Source: Macrostomum lignano (taxonomy: Eukaryota). From it: a stretch of DNA of 64,000 nucleotides. The DNA lies in the NCBI GenBank assembly GCA_002269645.1, contig NIVC01000035.1:859362-923361 (forward strand). The letters run 5' to 3'. Under the pieces are notes generated by a model. It worked only from the letters and a program-made list of their open reading frames with translations. It did no database searches and had not been told where the DNA came from. The translations under genes and the position numbers were made by a program. Below are positions 24,331-36,323 of the stretch, piece after piece (within the stretch, counting starts at the first letter, position 1; each line of letters starts with the position of its first letter).

Positions 24331-24419
24331 ACAATAAGTAGCAAGTGCAACAATTTCCTTAGCTTTATAATGGCTCCTTTGTGATTGGCATGACGCTTCT
24401 TTTTACGTTTGAAATTGCG

Positions 24420-25445
24420 TCTCCTATGTTTGACTTGGTGGCTCTTTAATGTTCGACATGCTGGCTTTTTACTGTTAGACATGGTGGCTCTTCTATGTTT
24501 GACATGGTGGCTCTTCTATTTTTGACATGGTGGCTCTTCAATGCTTAAAATGGTGGCTCTTTTATGTTTGACATGATGGCTCTTAAATGTTTGACATGGT
24601 GGCTCTTAAATCTTTGACATGGTGGCTTCTAAATGTTTGACATGGTGGCTTTTTAATGTTCTTCATGGTGGCTTTTTAATATTCTACATGGTGGCTCTTT
24701 AATTTTCGACATGGTGGATCTTTAATGTTCTACATGGTAACTCTTTTATGTTTGATACGGTGGCTTTTTAATGTCTGACATGTTGTCTCTTTTATGTTTG
24801 ACATGGTGGCTCTTTAGTGTTCGACAAAGTGGCTCTTTTATGTTTGACATGCTGGCTTTTAATTGTTTGACATGGTGGCTCTTCAATGTTCGAAATGGTG
24901 GCTCTTCAATGTTGGAAATGGTGGCTCTTAAATGTTTGACATGGTGGCTCTTAAATCTTTGACATGGTGGCTTCTAAATGTTTGACATGGTGGCTCTTTA
25001 ATGTTCTTCATGGTGGCTCTTTAATATTCTACATGGTGGCTCTTTAATTTTCGACATGGTGGATCTTTAATGTTCTACGTGGTAACTCTTTTATGTTTGA
25101 TACGGTGGCTTTTTAATATCTGACATGTTTTCTCTTTTATGTTTGACATGGTGGCTCTTAAGTGTTCGACAAAGTGGCTCTTTTATGTTTGACATGCAGG
25201 CTTTTAATTGTTTGACATGGTGGCTCTTCAATGTTCGAAATGGTGGCTCTTCAATGTTTAAAATGGTGGCTCTTTTATGTTTGACATGGTGGCTCTTGAA
25301 TGTTTGACATGGTGGCTCTTAAATCTTTGACATGGTGGCTTCTAAATGTTTGACATGGTGGCTCTTTAATGTTCTTCATGGTGGCTTTTTAATATTCTAC
25401 ATGGTGGCTCTTTAATTTTCGACATGGTGGATCTTTAATGTTCTA
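24420..25445. repeat. Second 23-bp minisatellite array
   Basis: Same unit as 21350-23370, with an internal higher-order repeat. Confidence 0.93.
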
Positions 25446-26133
25446 CATTCAAAATGCTGATGCAGATTTTTGTTCAGAATGGCATGTAGCCGTCGCTGCA
25501 GCAATGAAGTGTCCTTTGAAAAGGAATAAAAGCGAATTTTCTTCTCTGTCGGTGTGGATCGCATTCGCATAGCCGGAACCAGGAATTGCAGTCAATAACA
25601 CAGCAGGAAAATGGGATTTTTCGTTACTCGAAACTTTGTTGGAGTTTATATAATAATCACAACTGAAAGGACAGGGAAAAGGCAGATGTACGTTCATGGT
25701 TCATCCCCAGAGCGCCAACTATTGTATACAGGATGTACATTAAGTGTCTTTATTTTTGTTAAGTCAGTGTTTTCCTCTCTAACATTATTTTTTTCTCACT
25801 GTCCTCTCTGCCCCTGCTCTTCTGCTCCTTTCGAAATAAGGGAGTCGGGACAGAGTGGACAGTGTTTGAAACCCCCCTCCAAGCAAGAAGTAACAAAGCT
25901 TTTTTCAAGTCATGCTTTTTCGTTCGAAAAAAACCTTGGCCTGGGTTGGTCCGCCCTGAGAGGCCTGAATCGGGGAGTGTCACTTCCATATGTAGAGTAT
26001 TCCCTGCCCTAGCGGACTTGTTAAGTTAGAGCGTGCTCCAAGCTAGCTAGCTAGGCACCCTTAACTGACTTCGTCTCTTCCCTACCCCACCCCACATAAA
26101 GACCAGAGGAACGAATTCCTGGCTTGAACAGTC

Positions 26134-29100
26134 CATAGAAATCTAGAATACTAACTGGAAGTGAAGGCTTTCGCGGGGGCGTGCATACCTCGGCCGGGAT
26201 AAAAAGCTCCTCTTCCCCAAAAGTTTTATTTCCCCCAAAATTTTAATGTTTATTTATCATTCTTTCCATTGAAACAATTTTATTTAAGGTATATTGCTCA
26301 CCAAGAGTACACAAGCTATATTTCTCAAGCAGTGCAGTGAATGCAAAACTTACCATCAGTGGGCGCCAAACTTTGCAACTTTTCTTACAGTCGGTCCAGT
26401 CGCTGATGCGGACAGGTGTTTAGTCCAGTTCTTTGCAGCAGTGTTAAACATCTTCCTGCACACCAGCTGCAAGATTGGATGCTGATACTCACAATGCGTT
26501 TGGAATCGCAACTGTGGGAGTTGTTCAAAAATCTTGGAACAAACTGCTTCAAACAGACTGATGTGTCTGTACCTCGATTTCAGAAATCGCTGACAGCGCT
26601 GCAGTTGCATGATTATCACCCAAGCCTCTTTGCAGCTGGTGAACACCAGGTCAGAAGGGTTCGTTAGACCACCGCGGTCTAGCTGTCGCAGAAAGTCAGA
26701 TGGCGCTTCGGCTGCAGATTCGTCTGGAGTGGCAACTAGTAGCTGGTTGCATGCAGTGCAGCTTCTTTGCGCTGTGATGGACTTGGCGATTTTTCCAGCC
26801 ACATAGTAGGTTACGTTGGCATCAGCTGCTTCGATCTCCCCAATTAGGTTTAGTTGGTCTGCAATTTGCCCGGCTTCTTCCATTAAGTCGCTGCTCTCGC
26901 TGTGCAGGTCCTTTGCAGCTGCAAGTGACTGAATTGCCTGTGGTGCAGCATGTCTGAACTTCAGAACTGAAACAGAACGGATTGCCTTCTCACCATCCAG
27001 AACATCTTTGCACGAAACATAGTAGTTTAATCCTTTTCGGTGACGGTACCATCCAAATCTTCCTTCCAGTGGATCCGACTGGAAAGCTCCGACCAGAGCA
27101 TATTCAAACATAAGACTATGAGTAAGTACCTGCAGACTTCAACTAGAGCATCCAGCGTGTGACTGAGGGCCAGAAAGGTTTCGTCACTAAGACCTTTGCT
27201 TCTGCAGGCCTTCCATTCGCGCAGATAATTAGCGACGTCCGCGAGGTAGGTAAGCTTCCAATCTGTGTCTGACCTGACTGGATCTCAGCAACAGTCTCTT
27301 TTATGTTTGCCAATTGAGCTCGTCTTGACATTTAAAACTTTCCAAAGTTGCGTCACCGCATGGACAAAAGTCGCAGTGTCGCCCCACGGCTTTCCTTGAT
27401 TCGCCGAGTAATATTCCAAGGCGTGCGCGGTAGACTCAGAAAACACAGCTAGTGCCAACTTTGGTGAGGTCTTCTGAATACTTTTTGGATCGATGACGCT
27501 TGAGTTGAGTTTTGGGGCCAGTTTGAGTGGCTTGTCCTGTTCCAGATTGTACAGCTCTTTGATGTTCTCAAATTTTGCTACAATTAAGGAATTAGCCGTT
27601 CTCTTCTCATGTGGTAGCGGGACATTAAAAAAGGCGCTATCTTTTGCTGGGAGCTCCAGAGACTGCCTTTTCTGAAAATTGTTATAGACGTTTTTAATTG
27701 TGTGCGTTGGGTCAAACAGAAGGAAAATCTTCTTTTCTCGATGGAACGGATGGGGTACGCATGTTTGCAGAATGCCACCGCAAAGCTTGTGGACAAAAAA
27801 CGCACGGTTTGCGGAATGGTTGTCAACCAAGATGGTCACTACATTAAGGTTTGTGCGCTGCAGCATCCCCATGACGCTCGTGTAGTGCTCGTGCAATATT
27901 TCGGCAGTCAACACTACATTAAGGTTTGTGCGCTGCAGCATCCCCATGACGCTGTAGTGCTCGTGCAATATTTCGGCAGTCAACTTGCTGAGGCGGAAAA
28001 GTGCGACGACATCGCGGTACTTTCCGGCGATTGACTTGACCATGAAGCAGAGCAGTGTTGAAGCCGGGTTGGCCTCCTGCATGCCAACAATAGACCCGGA
28101 AGAGTAGTCTATTCTTCGATTTAGGTGTAGTAATATTAGGCGATCTCATGAATAATCAGGTTGACATTACTCTCCATTATTGACAGATTTTGAGTCCGTA
28201 GATGAAGGTAATTTTCGTCCGAGACGCCAGGGCTGACAGACAGAGGACTAGAAATCGCCGTTAGTCGTCTAACTGATGGCAGAACAAGCAGGTCTTGATC
28301 CAGCAGCACCTGGTAGCAAGCTGAACTGGTGGACTTCAGCACCATGGCAAACACTATCAAACCAGGGGAGTACCGTCAAGCCTCCTTTGCCTGGCAACGA
28401 AGCCTAAGCTGCTCCACTATAAACTGGACTTGCTGCATCAGTGGCGTGGCAGAGTCATTCGATTCCTCCAGCAAGTTGCACAGGCAATCGATGGCAGCTT
28501 CAATCCATTTAGCTTCTGCGCTTCTCGGATTGGGATCAGGGATGCCCCACGATTTTGCTAAAGCTAATAAGTTTTGAATCTGCGAAAACAAGGTGATCTT
28601 TCCAAGAAGCAATCATATCGCGTTGAATTTTTACAGAGCAGACCAGATTCGGGACATCCTCCACATCAATCAGGCAGAACGCAATGGAGTCGGCGCCAAA
28701 CACAGGAACGAATCCAACAGGAATCGGATTGCTCTCTAGCATGGTCTTGATTTCCTCCAGCGATCCCACTTTATCCAACGACAGAAACTCCGATGCCGCT
28801 GTTTCTAGCCTGTCACTTTCGGCTTGGTGTCGTAGCTCAGCTGTGGCTGATTCGGTCCGGGAAGTAGAAGCCATTGGCTGCAGTCTTTCCGGAAGTTGAG
28901 GGAAAACAGAGGGGATGGCTCCCTTTCGTAAAACGCGCAGGCTCAGTTGCGCATTTCTCTTGCGCTTTCGACGAGTGTTGGAGTCTTGCGATGTGCTGAT
29001 GAAGTCCGACTCCAAAAAGTGCGCAGAGCACAACCGAGACTCCTTAGTTGGGGCATAGTGCTCTCTGCGAATTCTTCGGAGCCACTCAGTCATCAGTTGT

Positions 29101-29643
29101 GGATCATTTAACGGAAAGGCATGGAAAGATGTTTTTACATTCGAATCATTGTTCGAAGTCCTTCTTGCGTAGGCAAATTATATTCAGTTATGATATTCAG
29201 TTTTGGCTGGATTTGGGTGCTAACAGCCGGTTGCCTCTTTGTTATATATATTATTTTCCTGTGCAGAATACTGTTTGATGTACATTTCCCTCCTCTCATT
29301 TCCCATATCCTTTCCTTCCTCCCAAGAATATCCCCACTCCTATTCAATTGATCGTGCACCACTGTAAAGAGCTCTCTGTTTTGCTCCAGTCCAGGGTTTG
29401 CTATCACTGTACAGCATTTACAGTGTACATCTGGGTGCTGTCTGAGCTTGAAGGGAATGAAAGATGAAGGCATGAGCAACAAGAAAGAGTTTTAAAGGGC
29501 TGGGGGGTTTTTGGGAGGGTCTTTTGGATGCGGGTTTAGTCACTATAACATTTTCAAGCTAAAAAGAATCGGCCCGGGTAGGAACGACTTGAACTCCCCG
29601 ACAAAGAAGCCTTCACTTCCAGTTAGTATTCTAGATTTCTATG
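26134..29643 (-). mobile_element. P-superfamily DNA transposon 3 with perfect 37-bp TIRs
   Basis: catagaaatctagaatactaactggaagtgaaggctt at 26134-26170 and its exact reverse complement at 29607-29643. The flanks do not form a TSD. Confidence 0.9.
26356..29150 (-). pseudogene. Degenerate THAP/P transposase 3
   Basis: Fragments RLCSAHF...AIPSVF, LVDNHSAN, FDPTHTIKNVYNNF, QSDPLEGRFG and RGGL. Multiple frameshifts and an internal ~75-bp tandem duplication (~27835-27985). Confidence 0.85.
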
Positions 29644-31189
29644 GCTGGCCTTGGAATAAAAATTGAGCTTCGCAGTTAGGACCCCCAAAATTTTCGCCCC
29701 TGAAGGCGCCCAATCTTGCCTCTTATGGCTCTGGCTCTCCGGCCTCTCCAATAGTCTGCGAAACTTTGTGCGCAGCCCAAAAAACTAGCTTTGTGCTCTA
29801 TGAACAGGAGGAATCCAATTTTCAGGTGACCTGGGTCTAGTACCCTTGGTGGACCCACCCCTCTACACACCTCTGCCGCAGAGCCCCGCAGAGCCCCCTC
29901 CTAGGGCTGATCCGCGTCTAGCCTAGCTGAACCCGCGTTGGACAACAGGTGAGGATAGATGTTCAACCATCGAGGTATTTATAATAAATTTCCCCCACGC
30001 AACCCCTTCAAAAATTTGCATCATCAGATAACGCGCCGTTCCCAGGCTCGCAACGTTCCGGCCGATTCAAAGGACCTTCCTCGCTTGTGGGTCATCTGAT
30101 ACAACTTGTATAGTATTAGATGTAGTTGAATCCCCGCCTCACATAAAATGCATAAATAATCTTTAAAGTGGAAATAAGTGAAGTTAAGGCGGCCTGCACT
30201 CGCCCTTTACAATGCCGTTATCAAACACTTGTGGCTTTTTGTAAGAGTGCAGCTGTCCACAACTGCTACGAGCGTACACTCCACCACGCTCTGATAACAA
30301 CAGTTTTCTAATTTCCAAACCTAACCTAACCTAAATCCTATTCTTAATAGTCCCTACAATAGTCGATTAAATATGATCCTTATACTACTCAAGTGTGACG
30401 GAAGCTGTTTCTTGGAAAATTTTAGGAGGCAGGTTTTACCGAAAAAAGCATTACGGAGATGGGTTTTCATTATTTCAGAACAAAAATGGTTATTTCCTTT
30501 GATAGGAGGCAGACCCAATGTTCATCTTTTGATATAACTTGCCTTCCTTAGAGCTCTGTTCGTTAGGAGGTTCAGCCCAAATTTTCAAAGCTTACAGCGA
30601 ACCACGGGGGCATGGGGGATGGGGGAGAATTTTCATCAGGATTCATTTCAAGTACCAAAACGTGGATAGAAGCTTGGAGACCTATTGATTTACTCCTGAC
30701 TTATAACTCTGCTACTAGTGCCTATGGTATGGCAAACAATTGTAAATAACAAATACACACCATTAACAAAATGTTCAGCAGTAGTAAGCAACTCGCTCTA
30801 TTAGTCGTCTTGAGATATAGATATTAGAAGGCAAGCAGTTAAAAATTGGTTGGAGTCAGTCGTTACAGTTGCAGTTTGTTAGAAGTGTTGGTACAGTATG
30901 ACTGCGTACGTATCCGCGCGCCTGTTTGCCTGCTCAGGGGATTCGATGGAATAAGCAGTAATGCCTCTCGCCGGTTGTGTGGCAATGTCGCTTAAAGTGC
31001 GCCAGAGTGCACACAGCCCCCTGCCACTAATTCACCCCATTCAAACGCTGAGTCGAATAGCAAATTGTGAAATCCGTTTAAAAAACACAATAAAATAATT
31101 TTTTCAATCTTGTTCTTGGCAATACTTGCACATGACTAGGAACTTGCAACTTGCTTAGGGTTTAGGTTTAGCGTTAGGGTCGGCATCGA

Positions 31190-31500
31190 TTTTCATGGAC
31201 CCGCTGACACCTGCTCGCATTGGAGAAGCTCAGCCACCTGCTCACCAGACTGGAGCAGACATTCAAAACTGCACATTAGGTCTACAAGCGACTGCAGCTC
31301 ATGCAGCTCATCCGTTTGGCCAATTGGCGAAATTCCCAAGTCCAAATATTATAACAGATCCCTTGGATTGGCCAGAGCAGAGATGCTCACTGAGGCTTCA
31401 AACATCAGGGCGGCCATAAAGTGCATCTCTTTCTGCAAATATTTTGCAGTTTATTTTCAACTCAGCCCAAACAGCCCATAAAAAGTTGAGAGCGTCGAAC
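31190..31500 (+). promoter_or_regulatory. Conserved ~310-330-bp upstream block shared by lectin paralogues B, F and H, and in part by A and C
   Basis: Homologous to 47459-47810, 61650-61990, 33452-33725 and 8277-8452. Contains GGGCGG-CCATAAAG, a CCAATTGG palindrome and a GG(G/A)AATTTCG motif. Confidence 0.55.
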
Positions 31501-32100
31501 ATGACATCAATGAAAGTTGTGTCCCTGCTGCTGCTGCTGCTGAGCTCACCCGGTGTGTCCCCAGGCCAGGTGTTCCACGCCATCAACGGCTCGCTCTGCA
31601 CCCGGCCTGAGTTCATAAGAACCTATTCACACGCTAAATCGAGCATCCAGTGCTCTTCATTCTGCAGCAGGGAGACGCACTGCCAGGCGTTCAGCCTGGC
31701 TGACGGTCCGTGCCAGCTGTTCGTTTTCGAAAAATGCAGCAAGTCGGTGAGGAACTGCGGCTGCTCCAGGAGAGGCCGGGTGTTCGTGAAGCAGCAGCCG
31801 GGACTCGAGCCGGGTGCGCTGTGTCCGTCCGACTACGGAGACGACCACTGCGGAGTGAAGTACAAGCTCTTCAATACGATCAACACCTGGGCAGTGCAGA
31901 GACAGGTGCGAGTCGGAGAGCGGTCTGGTGATCATGGCGGACGTGATCGACGGCAATGAGCTGGCTCATGTGCAGCAAATTTACAACACGAAGGGTGGCG
32001 GCGTCTCCATGTGGGTCGGCGGCTTCCAGACTCCGGGCAGTGCGGAGCCGACGGCTTCGACGCCAGCCTGTGGGGCAGCGGAGAGCCCAGCAACGGTGGG
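31501..32100 (+). pseudogene. PAN + C-type lectin paralogue B (disrupted)
   Basis: Intact signal peptide and a diverged PAN. A 2-nt deletion at gagacag^gtgc (~31905), a ~30-nt deletion at ~32050, and truncation after EPSNGG at ~32100. Confidence 0.85.
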
Positions 32101-32710
32101 AGGTCAGTGCAAGGGGCAGAGGAGGCAGTGGGGTGTCCCAATTTAGGAGAGGCAGCGCAAAGTTAATTTTTTGGCTGACTGCGGGGCTCAAGGTCTCATT
32201 TTTGCTGTGTCTCATTATCTAAAACCTACCTGCTTGTCGTAGATCTGACATTATTTTACGATCAGAAAAATGCAGTCTCTGCTTTAGCTCCAAATACAAT
32301 GGATTTTAAATTGCTTTGCCGCTTCCAGTTATTTTAGCCTGCCTTCAATGTCAGTAGATTGCTAGTTCCGATGCTAAAGTTGATGTCCGTCTTTAAGCGG
32401 CCAAGAAGCCAATCCGTTTGTGATTGCTACGAACATTGAACTAGTCGGTTTCCTGTAGGTTAAACTATAGCGTAGCCGCTTGGCAGTTTAGTCGAAAGAC
32501 GGCAACTAAAATGTGTTGAAAATCGCATTTAAAATCAACAAAAAGTTCTTACATTTTTTGTTTGGATATTTATCTCGCTAAACTGCCTCAATGCTGTCTC
32601 AATGCTATTCTACTTAAAGTTTGTGCAGCAGTAACCAAAACAGTCTGAGACGTCAACGCTGCATAATAATCAAAGATCAGATCCAAAATTCTTTTAAGTC
32701 CTTTCAACAG

Positions 32711-33451
32711 TCAGTTGAACGGCGACAGGCACTCGCACAGACCGGTTCTGACTGCGCCGCGACTGTCAGCGTCTCCCAGAAAGGTTCGGGAGGCCACCGC
32801 GTTCTCGGTACCTCCGTTCCGGTTGTCGGGTTCTCCGCTGCCCCACAGGCTGGCGTCGAAGCTGATGTTGCAGGCCACCCAGCGCCAGCCTCCGTTGGGC
32901 TCCGCACTGCCCGAAGTCTGGAAGCCGCCGACCCACATGGAGACGCCGCCACCCTTCGTGTTGAAAACTTGTCCGATGGCAGCCAGCTCGGCGCTGTCGA
33001 TCACGTCCGCCATGATCACCAGACCGCTCTTCGACTCGCACCTCTGTCTCTGCACTGCCCAGGTGTTAATCGCATTGAACAGCTTGTACTTCACTCCGCA
33101 GTGGTCGTCTCCGAAGTCGGACGGACACAGCGCACCCGGCTCGAGTCCCGGCTGCTGCTTCACGAACACCCGGCCTCTCCTGGAGCAGCCGCAGTCCCTC
33201 ACCGACTTGCTGCACTTGTCGAACACGAACAGCTGGCACGGACCGTCAGCCAGGCTGAACGCCTGACAGCGCGGCTCCATGCTGCAGAGCAGCGAGCACT
33301 CGACGCTCAACTTGGCCAGAGGCTCGTTTCTGACGAACTCTGGCCGGATGCAGAGCGAGCCGTTGATGGCGTGGAACACCTGGCCTGAAGACACACCGGG
33401 TGAGCTCAGCAGCAGCAGCAGCAGCAGGGACACAACTTTCATTGATGTCAT
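32711..33451 (-). CDS. PAN + C-type lectin paralogue C (246 aa)
   Basis: Uninterrupted ORF near-identical to A; loop EPDNRNGGTENAV. Confidence 0.88.
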   Translation of the reverse strand: MTSMKVVSLLLLLLLSSPGVSSGQVFHAINGSLCIRPEFVRNEPLAKLSVECSLLCSMEPRCQAFSLADGPCQLFVFDKCSKSVRDCGCSRRGRVFVKQQPGLEPGALCPSDFGDDHCGVKYKLFNAINTWAVQRQRCESKSGLVIMADVIDSAELAAIGQVFNTKGGGVSMWVGGFQTSGSAEPNGGWRWVACNISFDASLWGSGEPDNRNGGTENAVASRTFLGDADSRGAVRTGLCECLSPFN

Positions 33452-33891
33452 GTTCGACACTCTCAGTTTCTATGTGGCTTGGAATTTGTTAGCTGCAGTT
33501 TTGGGGCTGAGTTGAAAATGATGGCAAAATCTTTTTGCACAAAGAGACGCACTTTATGGCCGCCCTGATGTTTACAGCCTCATTGAGCAGCTCTGCTCTG
33601 GCCAATCGAAGGGCTCTGCTTTAATTTTTGGACCTGGAAATTTCGCCAATTGGCCAAACGGATGAGCTGCATGAGCTGCAGTCGCCTACAGACCAAATGT
33701 ACAGTGTTGAATGTCTGCTCCAGTCTGGTGAGCAGCTAAATAAATTAATTGACTTTATTTAGTCGCGTCTGGAGAACAGAAAGCCAGCCGGGACCCTTGC
33801 GCTTGCAGAGGCCTCTGCAATTTTCAGCGTTATGTGCTGCAAAACCTGTGAAATTGAGAGCTTGGAAACTGGATCGAAGAAACTACAGCGA

Positions 33892-34164
33892 ATGGCATCG
33901 GCAAACATCGCGCCACCGCTGCTTCTGCTGCTGCTGCTGAGCTCACCCGGTGTGTCTTCAGGCCAGGTGTTCCAAGCCGTGTCTGGATTTCTCTGCCAGA
34001 GTTCGTCAGAAACAAGCCTCGAGCCAGGTCGGACATCGAGTGCTCAAACCTCTGCAGCATGGAGCCGCGCTATCAGGCGTTCAGCCTGGCTGACGGTTCG
34101 TGCCAGCTGTTCGTGTTCGACAAGTGCAGCAAGTCGGTGAGGGACTGCGGCTGTTCCAGGAGGG
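33892..34164 (+). pseudogene. 5' fragment of a lectin paralogue (C2, MASANIAP-type N-terminus)
   Basis: Signal peptide MASANIAPPLLLLLLLSS, a frameshifting deletion in the PAN module, and an end after CSKSVRDCGCSRR. Confidence 0.8.
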
Positions 34165-34262
34165 GAGAGGAGAGGCAGATGAAGTTCAGAAACTCAGCAG
34201 CAAAGTCTGCTGTTTGGCTTATGAATATCAACGCCCAACTGCAGCCGAACTTTCACTTAGAC

Positions 34263-34782
34263 TGTAATAGTCCTGTAAAATAATCCATGCACATGTGAGC
34301 TACCAGTGAGATGCTGGAGCTGAGTAGTCCTGTAAAATAATCCATGCACATGTGAGCTACCAGTGAGATGCTGGAGCTGAGTAGTCCTGTAAAATAATCC
34401 ATGCACATGTGAGCTACCAGTGAGATACTGGAGCTGAGTAGTCCTGTAAAATAATCCATGCACATGTGAGCTACCAGTGAGATACTGGAGCTGAGTAGTC
34501 CTGTAAAATAATCCATGCACATGTGAGCTACCAGTGAGATACTGGAGCTGAGTAGTCCTGTAAAATAATCCATGCACATGTGAGCTACCAGTGAGATACT
34601 GAAGCTGAGTAGCCCTGTAAAATAATCCATGCACATGTGAGCTACCAGTGAGATACTGGAGCTGAGTAGTCCTGTAAAATAATCCATGCACATGTGAGCT
34701 ACCAGTGAGATACTGGAGCTGAGTAGCCCTGTAAAATAATCCATGCATATGTAAGCTACCAGTGAGATACTGGAGCTGAGTC
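34263..34782. repeat. 57-bp minisatellite, ~9 copies
   Basis: tgagtagtcc recurs at 34321 and 34378; 19-aa ORF period. Confidence 0.95.
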
Positions 34783-35579
34783 GCCTGAGACCAAATGATC
34801 AGACACATAAGATTTCAAATTATATCAAACTCTATCAGCGGTGTGCCAGTGTGTCGGCTGCTTTTAACACAAACGTTTCCAGCACTATCAATCCAATTTC
34901 TCAAAAGATGCTGGAGCTCCTCTCCAACTCTCTCTCCGCGATCTTCTAGCAGATGTTCCTCTCCGAGAGATGTGTTGTATACCGATTCGAATCCAATGTA
35001 CTTTTATTTTCAGTCGTTGCCCCAGCGTTAATTATTTTGTCTGTGTCCCAAGCAGCTATACCAACTGACTCTATTAAGGCTTGCCTCGAGTTATATCGTT
35101 AAACAAAATATACATGCAACTTAAGCCATGCTCTTCTGATAACAGCCTTCGGCTCAACGCAGTGTCAACGCATAAAACACAACAATGGCGTCGAAAGCAG
35201 GATTCTATTTTATTTTATCCTATTCGCAATAGAATCGATGAAAATTTCTCGCCTACTTAAAAATCAATCAAGCGAGCACTTGATGAGAGTTGAAGCTGAA
35301 TTGTCGATGGCTTGGGATGCAAGGCAGGTGCTGCAGACTCAGACAGCCTGTCAGTCGTATTACTCAAGCTGACAGCAGCAGACGAACAGGTGTAAAATTT
35401 CTTATTCAAAACTCAATATTTACTGCGACAATCCAGCTGTCGTCTTGTTGGTTTAGAAGCCGAGTTTCCCATTTGACTTTATTTAGTCGCGTCTGGCAAA
35501 CAGCTTTAAGCCAGGACTTCATTCGCTTGTAGAGCCCGCTGCAGTTCTGTGCTTGCCGAAGGTCTGAAGAAGCTCCCCA

Positions 35580-36323
35580 ATGGTATCGGCAAACATCGCG
35601 CCGCAGCTGCTTCTGCTGCTGCTGCTGAGCTCACCCGGTGTGTCTTCAGGTCAGGTGTACCAAGCCATGTCTGGCTTTCTCTGCATCCGGCCAGATTTCG
35701 TCAGAAACGAGCCTCAAGCCAGGTCGGACATCGAGTGCTCAAACCTCTGCAGCATGGAGCCGCGCTGTCAGGCGTTCAGCCTGGCTGACGGTCCGTGCCA
35801 GCTGTTCGTGTTTGACAAGTGCAGCAAGTCGGTGAGGGACTGCGGCTGCTCAAGGAGAGGCCGAGTGTTCGTGAAGCGGCAGACGGGACTCGAGCCGGGT
35901 GCGCTGTGTCCGTCCGACTTCGGAGACGACCACTGCGGAGTGAAGTACAAGCTGTTCAATGCGATTAACACCTGGGCAGTGCAGAGACAGAGGTGCGAGT
36001 CGGAGAGCGGTCTGGTGATCATGGCGGACGTGATCGACAGCGCCGAGCTGGCTGCCATCGGACAAGTTTTCAACACGAAGGGTGGCGGCGTCTCCATGTG
36101 GGTCGGCGGCTTCCAGACTCCGGGCAGTGCGGAGCCCGACGGAGGCTGGCGCTGGGTGGCCTGCAACATCAGCTTCGACGCCAGCCTGTGGGGCAGCGGA
36201 GAACCCGACAACCGGTACAGAGGTACCGAGAACGCGGTGGCCGCCCGAACCTTTCTGGGAGACGCTGACAGTCGCGGCGCAGTCAGAACCGGTCTGTGCG
36301 AGTGCCTGTCGCCGTTCAACTGA
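35580..36323 (+). CDS. PAN + C-type lectin paralogue D (247 aa)
   Basis: Intact ORF with an MVSANIAP-type N-terminus and an A/C-type lectin domain. Confidence 0.88.
   Translation: MVSANIAPQLLLLLLLSSPGVSSGQVYQAMSGFLCIRPDFVRNEPQARSDIECSNLCSMEPRCQAFSLADGPCQLFVFDKCSKSVRDCGCSRRGRVFVKRQTGLEPGALCPSDFGDDHCGVKYKLFNAINTWAVQRQRCESESGLVIMADVIDSAELAAIGQVFNTKGGGVSMWVGGFQTPGSAEPDGGWRWVACNISFDASLWGSGEPDNRYRGTENAVAARTFLGDADSRGAVRTGLCECLSPFN

Larger units (their letters stand above)
19946..26006. mobile_element. Non-autonomous TIR element (6.06 kb) carrying minisatellite arrays
   Basis: Perfect 35-bp TIRs (19946-19980 / 25972-26006, starting CAGGG), a second inverted block gggcggaccaacc(c/g)ggccaa, and a 7-bp TSD ccctagc (19939-19945, 26007-26013). 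No transposase. Confidence 0.87.
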
